A stretch of 17,068 nucleotides of DNA from an uncultured Victivallales bacterium (GCA_964542845.1 CAZIVM010000040.1:1-17068); one strand, 5' to 3'. Shown: positions 1 through 7,701, counted from the stretch's first letter. Notes: generated by a model not told the origin, from the sequence alone. Numbers and translations are program-made.

Positions 1-100
1 GTTACTGATTCAAATGATAATAACGGCACATTCACATATTAAGCGTGAAGTGTGCTAAATCAACAACTAAGGATTCAACTTAGTTCTGATAAAACAACAA

Positions 101-131
101 AGCCTCGGAAGTGTTCAACACCTCCGAGGCT
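101..131. terminator. Near-perfect long hairpin (agcctcgga-a-gtgtt-c-aacac-c-tccgaggct) flanked by A-run on the left and T-rich tract on the right; candidate bidirectional rho-independent terminator
   Basis: Read directly: 9-bp GC-rich outer stem plus 5-bp inner stem, followed by ctttcctttt on + strand and preceded by aaaacaacaa (U-run for the opposite strand). Confidence 0.4.
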
Positions 132-345
132 CTTTCCTTTTAAAATGATTGATTAAGGGGTTGGGAGCAAATACTTAGGCAACCATTCCTAAATTCAATA
201 TCACATTTAAAAAGCGTATTTGATAATGTCTCAATATCATGAATTAGATATATAACACGAATATATTCCAAACCATTATGAGAGTTCTTCTTTGCTTGTA
301 ATCCAAAGACCTCATCAAAACAAAGCTAACAAACTCTTAAAATAC

Positions 346-382
346 AAATAAAAAAGCTGGACTTGTTTACACAAATCCAGCT
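346..382 (-). terminator. Rho-independent terminator for the minus-strand lipoprotein gene ending at 410
   Basis: Hairpin agctgga-c-ttgt-[ttac]-acaa-a-tccagct (355-382); on the minus strand it is followed by a T7 run (plus-strand aaaaaaa at 348-354). Confidence 0.5.
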
Positions 383-409
383 TTAATCTTTTTGAAAAGA
401 GGAGGTTAA

Positions 410-793
410 TTATTTAACCACGTTTCCAGAGATGTTCACACTGCGAATGCAGAAAATGAATGACCATTCAGATACTTGTGATGTCATATCCAAAACTTTT
501 TTACCACCGAGTTCTTTAGACTTACGAGTCATAATAGGCGCGGTGCTTTGGAGGTTAACAGTATCTTTTAAGAAAGCCAAAGTCCCTGGATTATCAGTAT
601 CACCACTTAATAATGGGAACCAAAGGAAATAGAGACCAGAGTTTTGAACGTTAACGTGAGCGATTTTAGCGCTACCATCGTTAGCAAGTTGTAAATTGTT
701 GATGTAAGGATCTTTCACAACTGTAACAGAAGCACAAGCACTCAACATCGCAGCTGAAGCAACAGCAACTGCCATTAAAAAGAATTTTTTCAT
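410..793 (-). CDS. Small predicted lipoprotein (127 aa), paralog 1 of a tandem pair; family not recognised
   Basis: Six-frame ORF 410..850 trimmed to internal Met (MKKFFLMAVAVASAAMLSAC...) with AGGA RBS 8 nt upstream; signal peptide plus lipobox LSAC; ~40% identical over the core (AHVNVQNSGLYFLWFPLLSGDTDNPGTLAF) to the downstream-adjacent ORF 811..1206. Confidence 0.75.
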   Translation of the reverse strand: MKKFFLMAVAVASAAMLSACASVTVVKDPYINNLQLANDGSAKIAHVNVQNSGLYFLWFPLLSGDTDNPGTLAFLKDTVNLQSTAPIMTRKSKELGGKKVLDMTSQVSEWSFIFCIRSVNISGNVVK

Positions 794-810
794 GATATGC
801 GTCCTTTCCA

Positions 811-1206
811 TTACTTGATTGCGTTTGCGGAAACTTTGTAAGATTTCCATGAGAAGAGGAACGGAATTGGAACCAACAACATCATGCTATTAGGAATAGA
901 AACCATGTCCGTAGCTTGGGTTGCGCCCATCGATTTTGCTTTAGAAGAAACCATGTTTACGGTGCTTTCTAAATCTGTTTTTTCACAGAATGCAATAGAA
1001 CCTGGAGAGGTGCTAGAACCCGTGATTAAAGGGAACCATAAGAAGAACAAACCTTCGTTGGTTGCACTAACGTGAGCAACAGGAGTTCCGCGAGAGGTCA
1101 AAGCTTGTTGGGTCAAGCGTGGAGCATCCACAACCTGAACCGCAGAGCAACCCATCATGCAGCAAACCACTGCAGCCATACCTAAGCTGAGCATTACTTT
1201 TTTCAT
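811..1206 (-). CDS. Small predicted lipoprotein (131 aa), paralog 2 of tandem pair
   Basis: ORF with MKKVMLSLGMAAVVCCMMGCS signal/lipobox, RBS aaaggac upstream; core AHVSATNEGLFFLWFPLITGSSTSPGSIAF aligns with paralog 1. Confidence 0.75.
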   Translation of the reverse strand: MKKVMLSLGMAAVVCCMMGCSAVQVVDAPRLTQQALTSRGTPVAHVSATNEGLFFLWFPLITGSSTSPGSIAFCEKTDLESTVNMVSSKAKSMGATQATDMVSIPNSMMLLVPIPFLFSWKSYKVSANAIK

Positions 1207-1341
1207 TGTAGTCCTTTGGGTTTGAGGTTATCAAGGCAAAAAAACCGTTATTGCCTTCTATTGGTTTACTATACACTTGCTTAGCACAAATGCAAACTTT
1301 TTTATTAGATTTCAGTCAATATTTTATCTTTTTTATCATTT

Positions 1342-2358
1342 TTATAGTTTTTTCGAAGGAATAACCTCAGAAAAACGATATAATTCTTTTATCCCTAATT
1401 TATAATAAGGTTTTTCATCCCAAATATTGCGTTTACCGCGTTCGGAGAAAAATATATCTAATGCGGTGTTCGGATTTTGTTTAGAACGTATTAAAAGACC
1501 GCGCATGTACATTTGCGTGTAAGGCATTGTCCCTTTATCTGTACTACTCACTTCGTATTCCAAAACAGAAAATCCATTGTGTTGACGCTGTTTTGATTTA
1601 ATTTTTTGAACCGTATTACGCGCATTTGAAACAAATCCTTTTTCCATAAAAAACTTAAAAAACTCACTATCACTCTTTTTCGACCACTTTGAATCAAACA
1701 TCATGGGCGCCATTCTTAATATCACGGAGTGATCATTCAACATCGTGTCTGGAATATCAAGACGATATGTCATGTCATAAGCAGCAAACGACATTGGATT
1801 CAACATCAAGTTCCATCGCGAATCTTGCGGTGTAAGCACACGAATCCCTAGTTCCTCATAAGACGATGGACATGAACGCACCTTGAGTTTTCCTCCCACA
1901 CAATCTTCAAAAACTGCGGGAGTATCACGCGTAGCAATCCCCCCCAAATCATGCATCTCTTTCCACAAGTCGCCCCAGTTAAATATGATTGAACGCTCAC
2001 CTTCCTCTGTATAACAAAAATACGAAACATTCATCGGATCTTTGCGTGAAACAGCAAAACCCCCTTTCTCATACACTGCACGTTTATAATTTAACGCATT
2101 GAATGTAATTGGAATATTTAAGGGTTTCACAACCGGCTCGTAATAATAATAGCGTTGATCAGCCGCAACCAAGTTCATCACGCTCGGCATAAACTGCATG
2201 CGTTTGACAACCAAATCGTATCCCATATAAATGCGCGTTTCGTAAACACGCGGAACATCATTACTTATTTCGTCCAGAGGAATTTCCAGACGCCATTCAG
2301 GTGAACTTTGACATCCCATTAACAAAGCCAATGCAACGCCTAACATCCAATTTTTCAT
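1342..2358 (-). CDS. Predicted lipoprotein, 338 aa, unknown function (no recognisable catalytic motif)
   Basis: Long clean ORF, RBS aaggagag upstream of ATG at 2358, N-terminus MKNWMLGVALALLMGC = signal peptide + lipobox; Tyr/Trp/Met-rich soluble domain; co-directional with the two small lipoprotein genes. Confidence 0.8.
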   Translation of the reverse strand: MKNWMLGVALALLMGCQSSPEWRLEIPLDEISNDVPRVYETRIYMGYDLVVKRMQFMPSVMNLVAADQRYYYYEPVVKPLNIPITFNALNYKRAVYEKGGFAVSRKDPMNVSYFCYTEEGERSIIFNWGDLWKEMHDLGGIATRDTPAVFEDCVGGKLKVRSCPSSYEELGIRVLTPQDSRWNLMLNPMSFAAYDMTYRLDIPDTMLNDHSVILRMAPMMFDSKWSKKSDSEFFKFFMEKGFVSNARNTVQKIKSKQRQHNGFSVLEYEVSSTDKGTMPYTQMYMRGLLIRSKQNPNTALDIFFSERGKRNIWDEKPYYKLGIKELYRFSEVIPSKKL

Positions 2359-2554
2359 TCTTAACTCTCCTTTATGTAGGTTTTAGATATGACCAAATTT
2401 TTTACTAATATATCCCTATTCAACACAAAATTCAAGCAAAAACACCACATTAAATTAATTAAATTCACGCACCGCCCTAACACAATCCTTACAAACCAGA
2501 ATTATATTAATGTTATCAAATTCACATCTCATCAATATACATTGGAGAAAATTA
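2359..2554. promoter_or_regulatory. Divergent promoter region between the lipoprotein cluster (-) and pstC (+); contains three AAATTCA(A/C)(G/A) direct repeats and a weak Pho-box-like 18-mer
   Basis: Repeats aaattcaagc (2428-2437), aaattcacgc (2461-2470; 33 bp = 3 helical turns later), aaattcacat (2518-2527); atgttatcaaattcacat (2509-2526) matches E. coli Pho box consensus CTGTCATAAAACTGTCAT at about 12/18 positions. AT-rich, no ORF. Confidence 0.3.
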
Positions 2555-4126
2555 ATGCAAAAATCACGAAATTCACGTCACTCAACGGATCGCTATTTTA
2601 AATGGATTGCGACTGCTGGAGCCCTTACGCTCGTTGCCATCATGGCGGGTTTATTTATTCAGCTGGTCTTAAACGCCCTTCCCGCATTTGAAATTTTTGG
2701 ATTCGAGTTTTTCACATCGACCGAATGGAATCCCGCGCAAGAACAATTCGGTGCGCTCCCTGCCATTCGTGGAACACTATTAACCACGTTTATTGCGATT
2801 CTTATCGGCGTCCCCTCTTCGTTCTTCATTGCTTTTTTGTTAACCGAACTGCTCCCCAGTTGCATTGCAAAACCGATTGGACACGCGGTTGATTTACTTG
2901 CCGCTATCCCATCCATTATTTTCGGTATGTGGGCATTTATGGTATTAATTCCGCTCATGCAACAGTACGTGCAACCTGCATTGCAAACCTCAATCCCAAT
3001 TCATTTAGGCGAAAAACCTTGTTATCATCAAACCGAAAAGGGAGTTCATTTATCAGGCAACAAAGGTTACATGCAAACGCCTCATATTTATTATCTCGAT
3101 TTTGAACAAACCATGACTCTTGCCTTACGTTTTACCCCACAAATTACATCGTCTGCACAGTCAATATATTATAAAGGAGAAGCGGGAATTCAACTCTCGA
3201 TTACACCTTCAGGTCATCTCAATTTTAATGGGGCGATTAGTGAAACAAAAATTGAACATAATGTAACACAAACTTTGATTGCGTCCATCGAAAACAACAC
3301 GCCTCGTCTGTGGATTAACACGCAAGAGACCCTACTTAACACCGCGTTATTTCAAATGCCACAAAATACAACATCGCCTCTCTGGATTGGAAAAAATAAA
3401 GATGGAAATTATCTTAAAGGCAATCTAGAATGGTTGCGATTCTACAATTCAAGTCTTACCCCCAATGAAATTGACGACACATTATTTCAAACCACAGAAG
3501 CGGCAGAAGATGCTATCGATGAACACCGTCTAGAAGTTGCGTGGGAGTTTAGTGGCGAAAACCAAGATAACTGCATCGATCTCGCCTCCTCTCTCCCGCT
3601 CTCTTTTAACACAAAAAAAATCGAACTCAATTTTCTAAAAGAGTCTCTTTTTGCAGGTGATCTCACAGGAAGTGGTACCCTTTCTGCAGGACTGATTCTT
3701 GCCTTCATGATTCTCCCTTTCATCACCTCCGTGATGCGCGATATTTTTATCATGACTCCGCCCGTGATTAAGGAATCCGCCTACGGAATGGGGGCAACCC
3801 CATGGGAAACCACCCTTCATATTACACTCCCGTATGGGATGCAAGGTTTTTTAGGTGCAATATTTTTAGGATTAGGTCGGGCACTCGGCGAGACGATGGC
3901 TGTTCTTTTTATCATTGGGAATGCGCCCTACGCTGGGAGTTCATTATTTGCCCCAGCCACAACCATTGCGTCCACTTTAGCCAATAGCTTTGGTGAAGCA
4001 GATGGTATTTTCAAAAATGTATTATTTGCGTTAGGTCTCATTCTCTTATTCCTCTCGTTTGGGATACAAATCATTGCACAACGTTGGTTAAATAATGTAA
4101 AGAAACAAAATGGAGGTGGTTTATGA
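2555..4126 (+). CDS. pstC: Phosphate ABC transporter permease PstC with a ~220-aa insertion (LamG/ConA-like) in the second periplasmic loop; 523 aa
   Basis: ORF 2510..4126 trimmed to Met at 2555 (GGAGA RBS 8 nt upstream). N-terminal 146 aa and C-terminal 157 aa align with E. coli PstC (TM1-3 ... LAAIPSIIFGMW ... and TM4-6 with EAA loop SVMRDIF..ESAYGMGATPWE..GRALGETMAV). Residues ~147-366 have no PstC counterpart and contain LWIGKNKDGNYLKGNLEWLRFYNSSLTPNEIDD, typical of Laminin_G_3/ConA-like lectin fold. Confidence 0.9.
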   Translation: MQKSRNSRHSTDRYFKWIATAGALTLVAIMAGLFIQLVLNALPAFEIFGFEFFTSTEWNPAQEQFGALPAIRGTLLTTFIAILIGVPSSFFIAFLLTELLPSCIAKPIGHAVDLLAAIPSIIFGMWAFMVLIPLMQQYVQPALQTSIPIHLGEKPCYHQTEKGVHLSGNKGYMQTPHIYYLDFEQTMTLALRFTPQITSSAQSIYYKGEAGIQLSITPSGHLNFNGAISETKIEHNVTQTLIASIENNTPRLWINTQETLLNTALFQMPQNTTSPLWIGKNKDGNYLKGNLEWLRFYNSSLTPNEIDDTLFQTTEAAEDAIDEHRLEVAWEFSGENQDNCIDLASSLPLSFNTKKIELNFLKESLFAGDLTGSGTLSAGLILAFMILPFITSVMRDIFIMTPPVIKESAYGMGATPWETTLHITLPYGMQGFLGAIFLGLGRALGETMAVLFIIGNAPYAGSSLFAPATTIASTLANSFGEADGIFKNVLFALGLILLFLSFGIQIIAQRWLNNVKKQNGGGL

Positions 4127-4989
4127 TTCAAGCACCCATGCGATCTATTTTTCGACGTCAATTCAAAAACTATATCATGATTCTTATCAGTGGAATTGCT
4201 ACGTTGATTGCCGTCGGGATCTTATTCTGGATTATCGCCACCATTATCTATAAAGGATTCCCTGCCATTCATTGGAATTTTTTAACCCAAGTTACCGCAC
4301 CGAGCACGGACCCTGAAGGCGGCATCGCCAACGCCATTTTAGGGACCCTTATGATTATTTGTGTCGGATCATTTATTGCGCTTCCTTGCGGTTTACTCGG
4401 CGGGATATGGCTTTCTGAATTCGGTCGAAGCAGTCATATAGGACACTGGGTCCGTTTTACAGCGAACGTTATGATGGGGATCCCCTCCATTGTGATAGGA
4501 CTTTTTGTTTATGCCATTTTAGTCGTGCCCATGGGATGCGCATCGGGGTTTGCGGGTTCGGTAGCGATTGCGATTTTGATGATTCCCATCGTGATGCGAG
4601 TTACCGAAGATATGTTATCATTAGTCCCTAACACCTTACGCGAATCAGCCTTAGCGTTAGGAATGACGCGATGTCGAACCACATTTGTGATTTTATTTCG
4701 TTCGGCAAAGAGCGGGTTAATCACAGGAATACTCCTTTCAATTGCCCGTGTAGCAGGTGAAACAGCGCCGTTACTTTTTACCGCACAATGTTCTCAATAT
4801 TGGCCTTCAATAAGTTCATTTTTCAGAAGTCCAACAGCGAATATCACGGTCACAATCAACGAATACTTTGGCAATGACCCTAGTCCAATCATGACTGAGC
4901 GTGCATGGGGCGCTGCCCTTGTCATCCTCATCATTATTCTCACCACCAATCTTTCTCTACGTTTTTGCTTCAAAAATAAAACTAACTAA
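4123..4989 (+). CDS. pstA: Phosphate ABC transporter permease PstA
   Basis: 288-aa ORF, start ATGA overlapping pstC stop, GGAGG RBS; 6-TM permease with EAA-type loop ([13 protein letters not shown]..). Confidence 0.9.
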   Translation: MIQAPMRSIFRRQFKNYIMILISGIATLIAVGILFWIIATIIYKGFPAIHWNFLTQVTAPSTDPEGGIANAILGTLMIICVGSFIALPCGLLGGIWLSEFGRSSHIGHWVRFTANVMMGIPSIVIGLFVYAILVVPMGCASGFAGSVAIAILMIPIVMRVTEDMLSLVPNTLRESALALGMTRCRTTFVILFRSAKSGLITGILLSIARVAGETAPLLFTAQCSQYWPSISSFFRSPTANITVTINEYFGNDPSPIMTERAWGAALVILIIILTTNLSLRFCFKNKTN

Positions 4990-4999
4990 GGATTCTATT

Positions 5000-5821
5000 A
5001 TGTCAGAACTTCCGCCACTGAAAAGTCTTACACTCGAACAAATGCCACCGCCACCCACCCTCTCAACTCAACCTAAAATTATCGCTAAAGATCTCAATTT
5101 TTACTACGGTGATCATCAAGCATTAATGAATAATAATCTCACCATCTATGATAAAACCGTAACAGCGGTAATTGGACCTTCAGGTTGTGGGAAGTCGACC
5201 CACCTGAGAACCTACAATCGTATTTTTGAGCTCTACAAGGATTTTCGTGCGGATGGCGAAATTCTTATTGATCACGACAATATTCTCTCGCCTGAGATTA
5301 ATCTTTTGGAATTACGACGTAATGTGGGAATGATTTTTCAAAAACCAACCCCTTTTCCTATGTCGGTATTTGACAATGTCGCTTACGGACTCAATCTTCA
5401 CTACAAAATGGGGAAAAGTGAACTCCAAGATCGTGTCGAACACGCCTTGCGCGGTGCCGCTTTATGGGACGAAGTCAAAGACAAACTGAAAAAACCCGGA
5501 ATGGCTCTCTCAGGCGGTCAACAACAACGCCTTTGTATCGCGCGCGCTATCGCTGTGGAACCCGAAATTCTCCTCATGGATGAACCCACATCGGCAATTG
5601 ACCCTGTCGGCACAGGAAAAATTGAGGACTTAATTTCCGAACTTGCAGAAAAGTTCACCATCGTCATTGTCACGCATAACATGCAACAAGCCGCCCGCAT
5701 CTCCGATTACACTGCATTCTTCTATCAAGGATACATTGTAGAGTACGATAAAACCGACATCATCTTTACCCATCCCAAAAATCTTCGCACAGAATCGTAT
5801 ATTCGCGGTCATTTTGGTTGA
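5000..5821 (+). CDS. pstB: Phosphate ABC transporter ATP-binding protein PstB
   Basis: ORF 4901..5821 trimmed to MSELPP (AAGGA RBS at 4988-4992). Walker [10 protein letters not shown], signature LSGGQQQRL, Walker [13 protein letters not shown]; strong identity to E. coli PstB throughout; extra Pro-rich ~15-aa N-terminal extension ([14 protein letters not shown]). Confidence 0.92.
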   Translation: MSELPPLKSLTLEQMPPPPTLSTQPKIIAKDLNFYYGDHQALMNNNLTIYDKTVTAVIGPSGCGKSTHLRTYNRIFELYKDFRADGEILIDHDNILSPEINLLELRRNVGMIFQKPTPFPMSVFDNVAYGLNLHYKMGKSELQDRVEHALRGAALWDEVKDKLKKPGMALSGGQQQRLCIARAIAVEPEILLMDEPTSAIDPVGTGKIEDLISELAEKFTIVIVTHNMQQAARISDYTAFFYQGYIVEYDKTDIIFTHPKNLRTESYIRGHFG

Positions 5822-5877
5822 TTTTCTCAAAAAATGTAGTATGTTAATGATAACCCCCTTAATTGAAGGAATAATTT

Positions 5878-6537
5878 ATGAGCGCACATCTCATTAAAGA
5901 AATCGAAAAATTACAAAAACAACTTGCCGAACTTGCAACATGCGTTGAAGAAAGTTTACGTCAAGCCCTGCATTCGCTAACCACAGGAGATGAAAATCTC
6001 GCGAACATTGTCATCGAAAATGATGATTACATTGATCGTAAAGAGATTGCATTGGAAGAGGAATGTCTAAAAATATTGGCACTCTATCAACCTGTGGCTT
6101 CCGATTTACGCTATGTTATTACTTGTCTTAAACTCAATACAGAACTCGAACGTATCGGCGATCTTGCCGTTAATATCGCCAAACGCGCAAGTGCCATGCA
6201 TAGTTTAAATCAAGAAAATATCAATATCGATTTTTCAACCATGGGGCGACGGACACAAGAATTATTACAGGAAACCCTTGATGCATTGTTCAAAATTAAC
6301 AAAGAAACAGCCGAAAAAGTCATCGCCAAAGACGACGAAATCGATGAAATGCATCATCAAAATACCCTCAAAATTGCTAATCTCGCACAACAATACCCTA
6401 AACAGACTTTTCCGCTTACCTATATTTTAGGCGTCAGTCGCAGTCTTGAACGCATCGCGGATTCATGCACGAACATCGCCGAAGACGTCATTTATATGCT
6501 CAATGGCGCCATTGTCAGACACCAAAACAAGGAGTAA
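5878..6537 (+). CDS. phoU: Phosphate signalling negative regulator PhoU
   Basis: 219-aa ORF with two PhoU repeats (ELERIGDLAVNIAKRA / SLERIADSCTNIAEDV), AAGGA RBS. Confidence 0.9.
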   Translation: MSAHLIKEIEKLQKQLAELATCVEESLRQALHSLTTGDENLANIVIENDDYIDRKEIALEEECLKILALYQPVASDLRYVITCLKLNTELERIGDLAVNIAKRASAMHSLNQENINIDFSTMGRRTQELLQETLDALFKINKETAEKVIAKDDEIDEMHHQNTLKIANLAQQYPKQTFPLTYILGVSRSLERIADSCTNIAEDVIYMLNGAIVRHQNKE

Positions 6538-6543
6538 CACTTT

Positions 6544-7224
6544 ATGAAAGCCCACATTCTCTGCATCGATGATGAACAAGATATTTTAACGGGTCTACGA
6601 TTTACCCTTGAAAAAGAGGGTTATCATGTCGCCACCGCAACTTCAGGTGAAGAAGGTCTTGTCAAAATGCGCGAAAACATGCCCGATTTAATTGTGTTGG
6701 ATCTCATGTTGCCGGGCAAAGATGGTCTTACTATTTGCAAAGAAATTCGTGCCGACTCCAAATTATCTCATATTCCTATTATTATGCTTACCGCAAAGTC
6801 AACCGAAATTGATGTGGTCTTAGGGCTTGAGATGGGAGCAGATGACTATCTCCCTAAACCCTTCTCTAATCGTGTCTTAGTGGCACGCATCAAATCACTT
6901 TTACGCCGTCAATCCACCACTGAATCACAAGAAAACACCATCACACGAGGACCTCTTGTCATTAACCCTGGTCGACGCGAAGTGTTTTATAAAGGCGAAT
7001 CTATCGAATTAACTTACACAGAGTTTGAACTCCTTGCCATGCTTGCAAAGCGCCCAGGGTGGGTTTTCTCGCGCGCCCAAATTGTGAACAACATTAAAGG
7101 GGGCGATTATCCCGTTACCGAGCGATCTGTCGATGTTCAAGTTGTCGGACTCCGCAAGCGTTTAGGTGAAGCAGGCGATTGTATCGAAACCGTTCGCGGT
7201 GTTGGCTACAAATTCAAAGGCTAA
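6544..7224 (+). CDS. phoB: Phosphate regulon response regulator PhoB (OmpR family)
   Basis: 226 aa; receiver domain (DDEQDIL...LIVLDLMLPGKDG..MLTAK) plus winged-helix (LTYTEFELLAMLAKRPG...RGVGYKF); AAGGAG RBS inside phoU end. No phoR downstream. Confidence 0.9.
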   Translation: MKAHILCIDDEQDILTGLRFTLEKEGYHVATATSGEEGLVKMRENMPDLIVLDLMLPGKDGLTICKEIRADSKLSHIPIIMLTAKSTEIDVVLGLEMGADDYLPKPFSNRVLVARIKSLLRRQSTTESQENTITRGPLVINPGRREVFYKGESIELTYTEFELLAMLAKRPGWVFSRAQIVNNIKGGDYPVTERSVDVQVVGLRKRLGEAGDCIETVRGVGYKFKG

Positions 7225-7225
7225 C

Positions 7226-7273
7226 GCACACACTTCGTGTGTTGAGCTGTGCGCTGTCGCGCACTCACTAAGT
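7226..7273 (+). repeat. Copy A of a ~45-bp double-hairpin repeat (cacac-ttc-gtgtg ... gtgcgc-tgtc-gcgcac ... tcactaagt), immediately 3' of phoB
   Basis: Read directly; near-identical inverted copy at 7525-7570 and diverged direct copy at 7322-7369. Confidence 0.7.
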
Positions 7274-7274
7274 A

Positions 7275-7306
7275 AATTAGACTTCTTCTAATTATTTATA
7301 TCTTTT
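7275..7306 (+). terminator. Weak AT-rich hairpin (aattaga-cttct-tctaatt) followed by atttatatctttt; possible phoB terminator
   Basis: 7-bp stem with only one G:C pair followed by a T-rich tract; weak on its own, may act with the GC-rich hairpins of repeat copy A. Confidence 0.25.
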
Positions 7307-7321
7307 CGCTATTTCATATCT

Positions 7322-7369
7322 CGCACTTCGTGTGTTGAACTGCATGTTATCGCATGCTCGCTGGGTAAA
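7322..7369 (+). repeat. Copy B of the repeat (diverged): first hairpin conserved, second hairpin replaced by gcatg-ttatcg-catgc (compensatory, structure kept)
   Basis: cacttcgtgtgttgaactg identical to copies A/C; second stem has different sequence but retains palindromic stem-loop; tail tcgctgggtaa vs tcactaagtaa. Confidence 0.6.
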
Positions 7370-7524
7370 CCGTGGTTGCTACTTTGTATAGGCGTATACT
7401 TAAAATTTGTATCATAAAATTGACATAATATGATTATTATGTTTAGTTTTTACTTCTTTATGTGGGTGAACGGAAAAAAATATTTAAGTGATTTAAGTAT
7501 AATAATCACAAAAAGCACAATATG

Positions 7525-7570
7525 CTTAGTGAGTGCGTGACAGCGCACAGTTCAACACACGAAGTGTGCA
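7525..7570 (-). repeat. Copy C of the repeat, inverted orientation, immediately 3' of the tRNA-Tyr terminator
   Basis: Reverse complement tgcacacttcgtgtgttgaactgtgcgctgtcacgcactcactaag matches copy A at ~42/44 positions. Confidence 0.7.
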
Positions 7571-7605
7571 TAAAAAAACTCAGAAATGCAAAAGCAAATC
7601 TGAGT
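7571..7605 (-). terminator. Rho-independent terminator of tRNA-Tyr
   Basis: On the minus strand: actcaga-[13 nt loop]-tctgagt followed by TTTTTTTAT, starting ~12 nt after the tRNA CCA end. Confidence 0.6.
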
Positions 7606-7616
7606 GTATTTATTAA

Positions 7617-7701
7617 TGGTGGTGGGAGGTGGATTCGAACCACCGAAATCGTAGATAGCAGATTTACAGTCTGCCCCCTTTGGCCGCTCGGGAATCCCAC
7701 C
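7617..7701 (-). tRNA. tyrT: tRNA-Tyr (anticodon GTA), 85 nt with long variable arm and encoded CCA
   Basis: Reverse complement reads GGTGGGATTCCCGAGCGGCCAAAGGGGGCAGACTGTAAATCTGCTATCTACGATTTCGGTGGTTCGAATCCACCTCCCACCACCA; near-identical to E. coli tRNA-Tyr in acceptor, D-arm, anticodon loop CUGUAAA and T-loop GGTTCGAATCC. Confidence 0.93.

Noticed and set aside
1-100. Possible 3' end of a + strand gene entering from the left (frame 1 open to stop at 40-42)
   Set aside because: Only 13 codons visible; cannot be supported from this window.
410-850. Longer 146-aa version of the first small lipoprotein starting at 850
   Set aside because: The 19 extra N-terminal residues precede the signal peptide and overlap the upstream gene's 3' end. 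The internal MKKFF start has an AGGA RBS and gives a canonical lipoprotein N-terminus.
1067-1276. 69-aa minus-strand ORF overlapping the start of the second small lipoprotein gene
   Set aside because: Cys/Ser-rich junk frame, no RBS, overlaps a gene with clear signal peptide; spurious.
2389-2601. 70-aa + ORF in the pstC promoter and the 15-codon upstream extension of the pstC ORF (2510)
   Set aside because: The translation is low-complexity (KF/TNI repeats) in an AT-rich promoter. pstC has a proper RBS before Met 2555, and homologues start there.
7394-7500. Short imperfect inverted repeat (gtatacttaaaat / atttaagtata) and a tandem atttaagt x2 in the AT-rich spacer
   Set aside because: 12-bp matches in ~65% AT sequence are expected by chance; no flanking target-site duplication or coding capacity.
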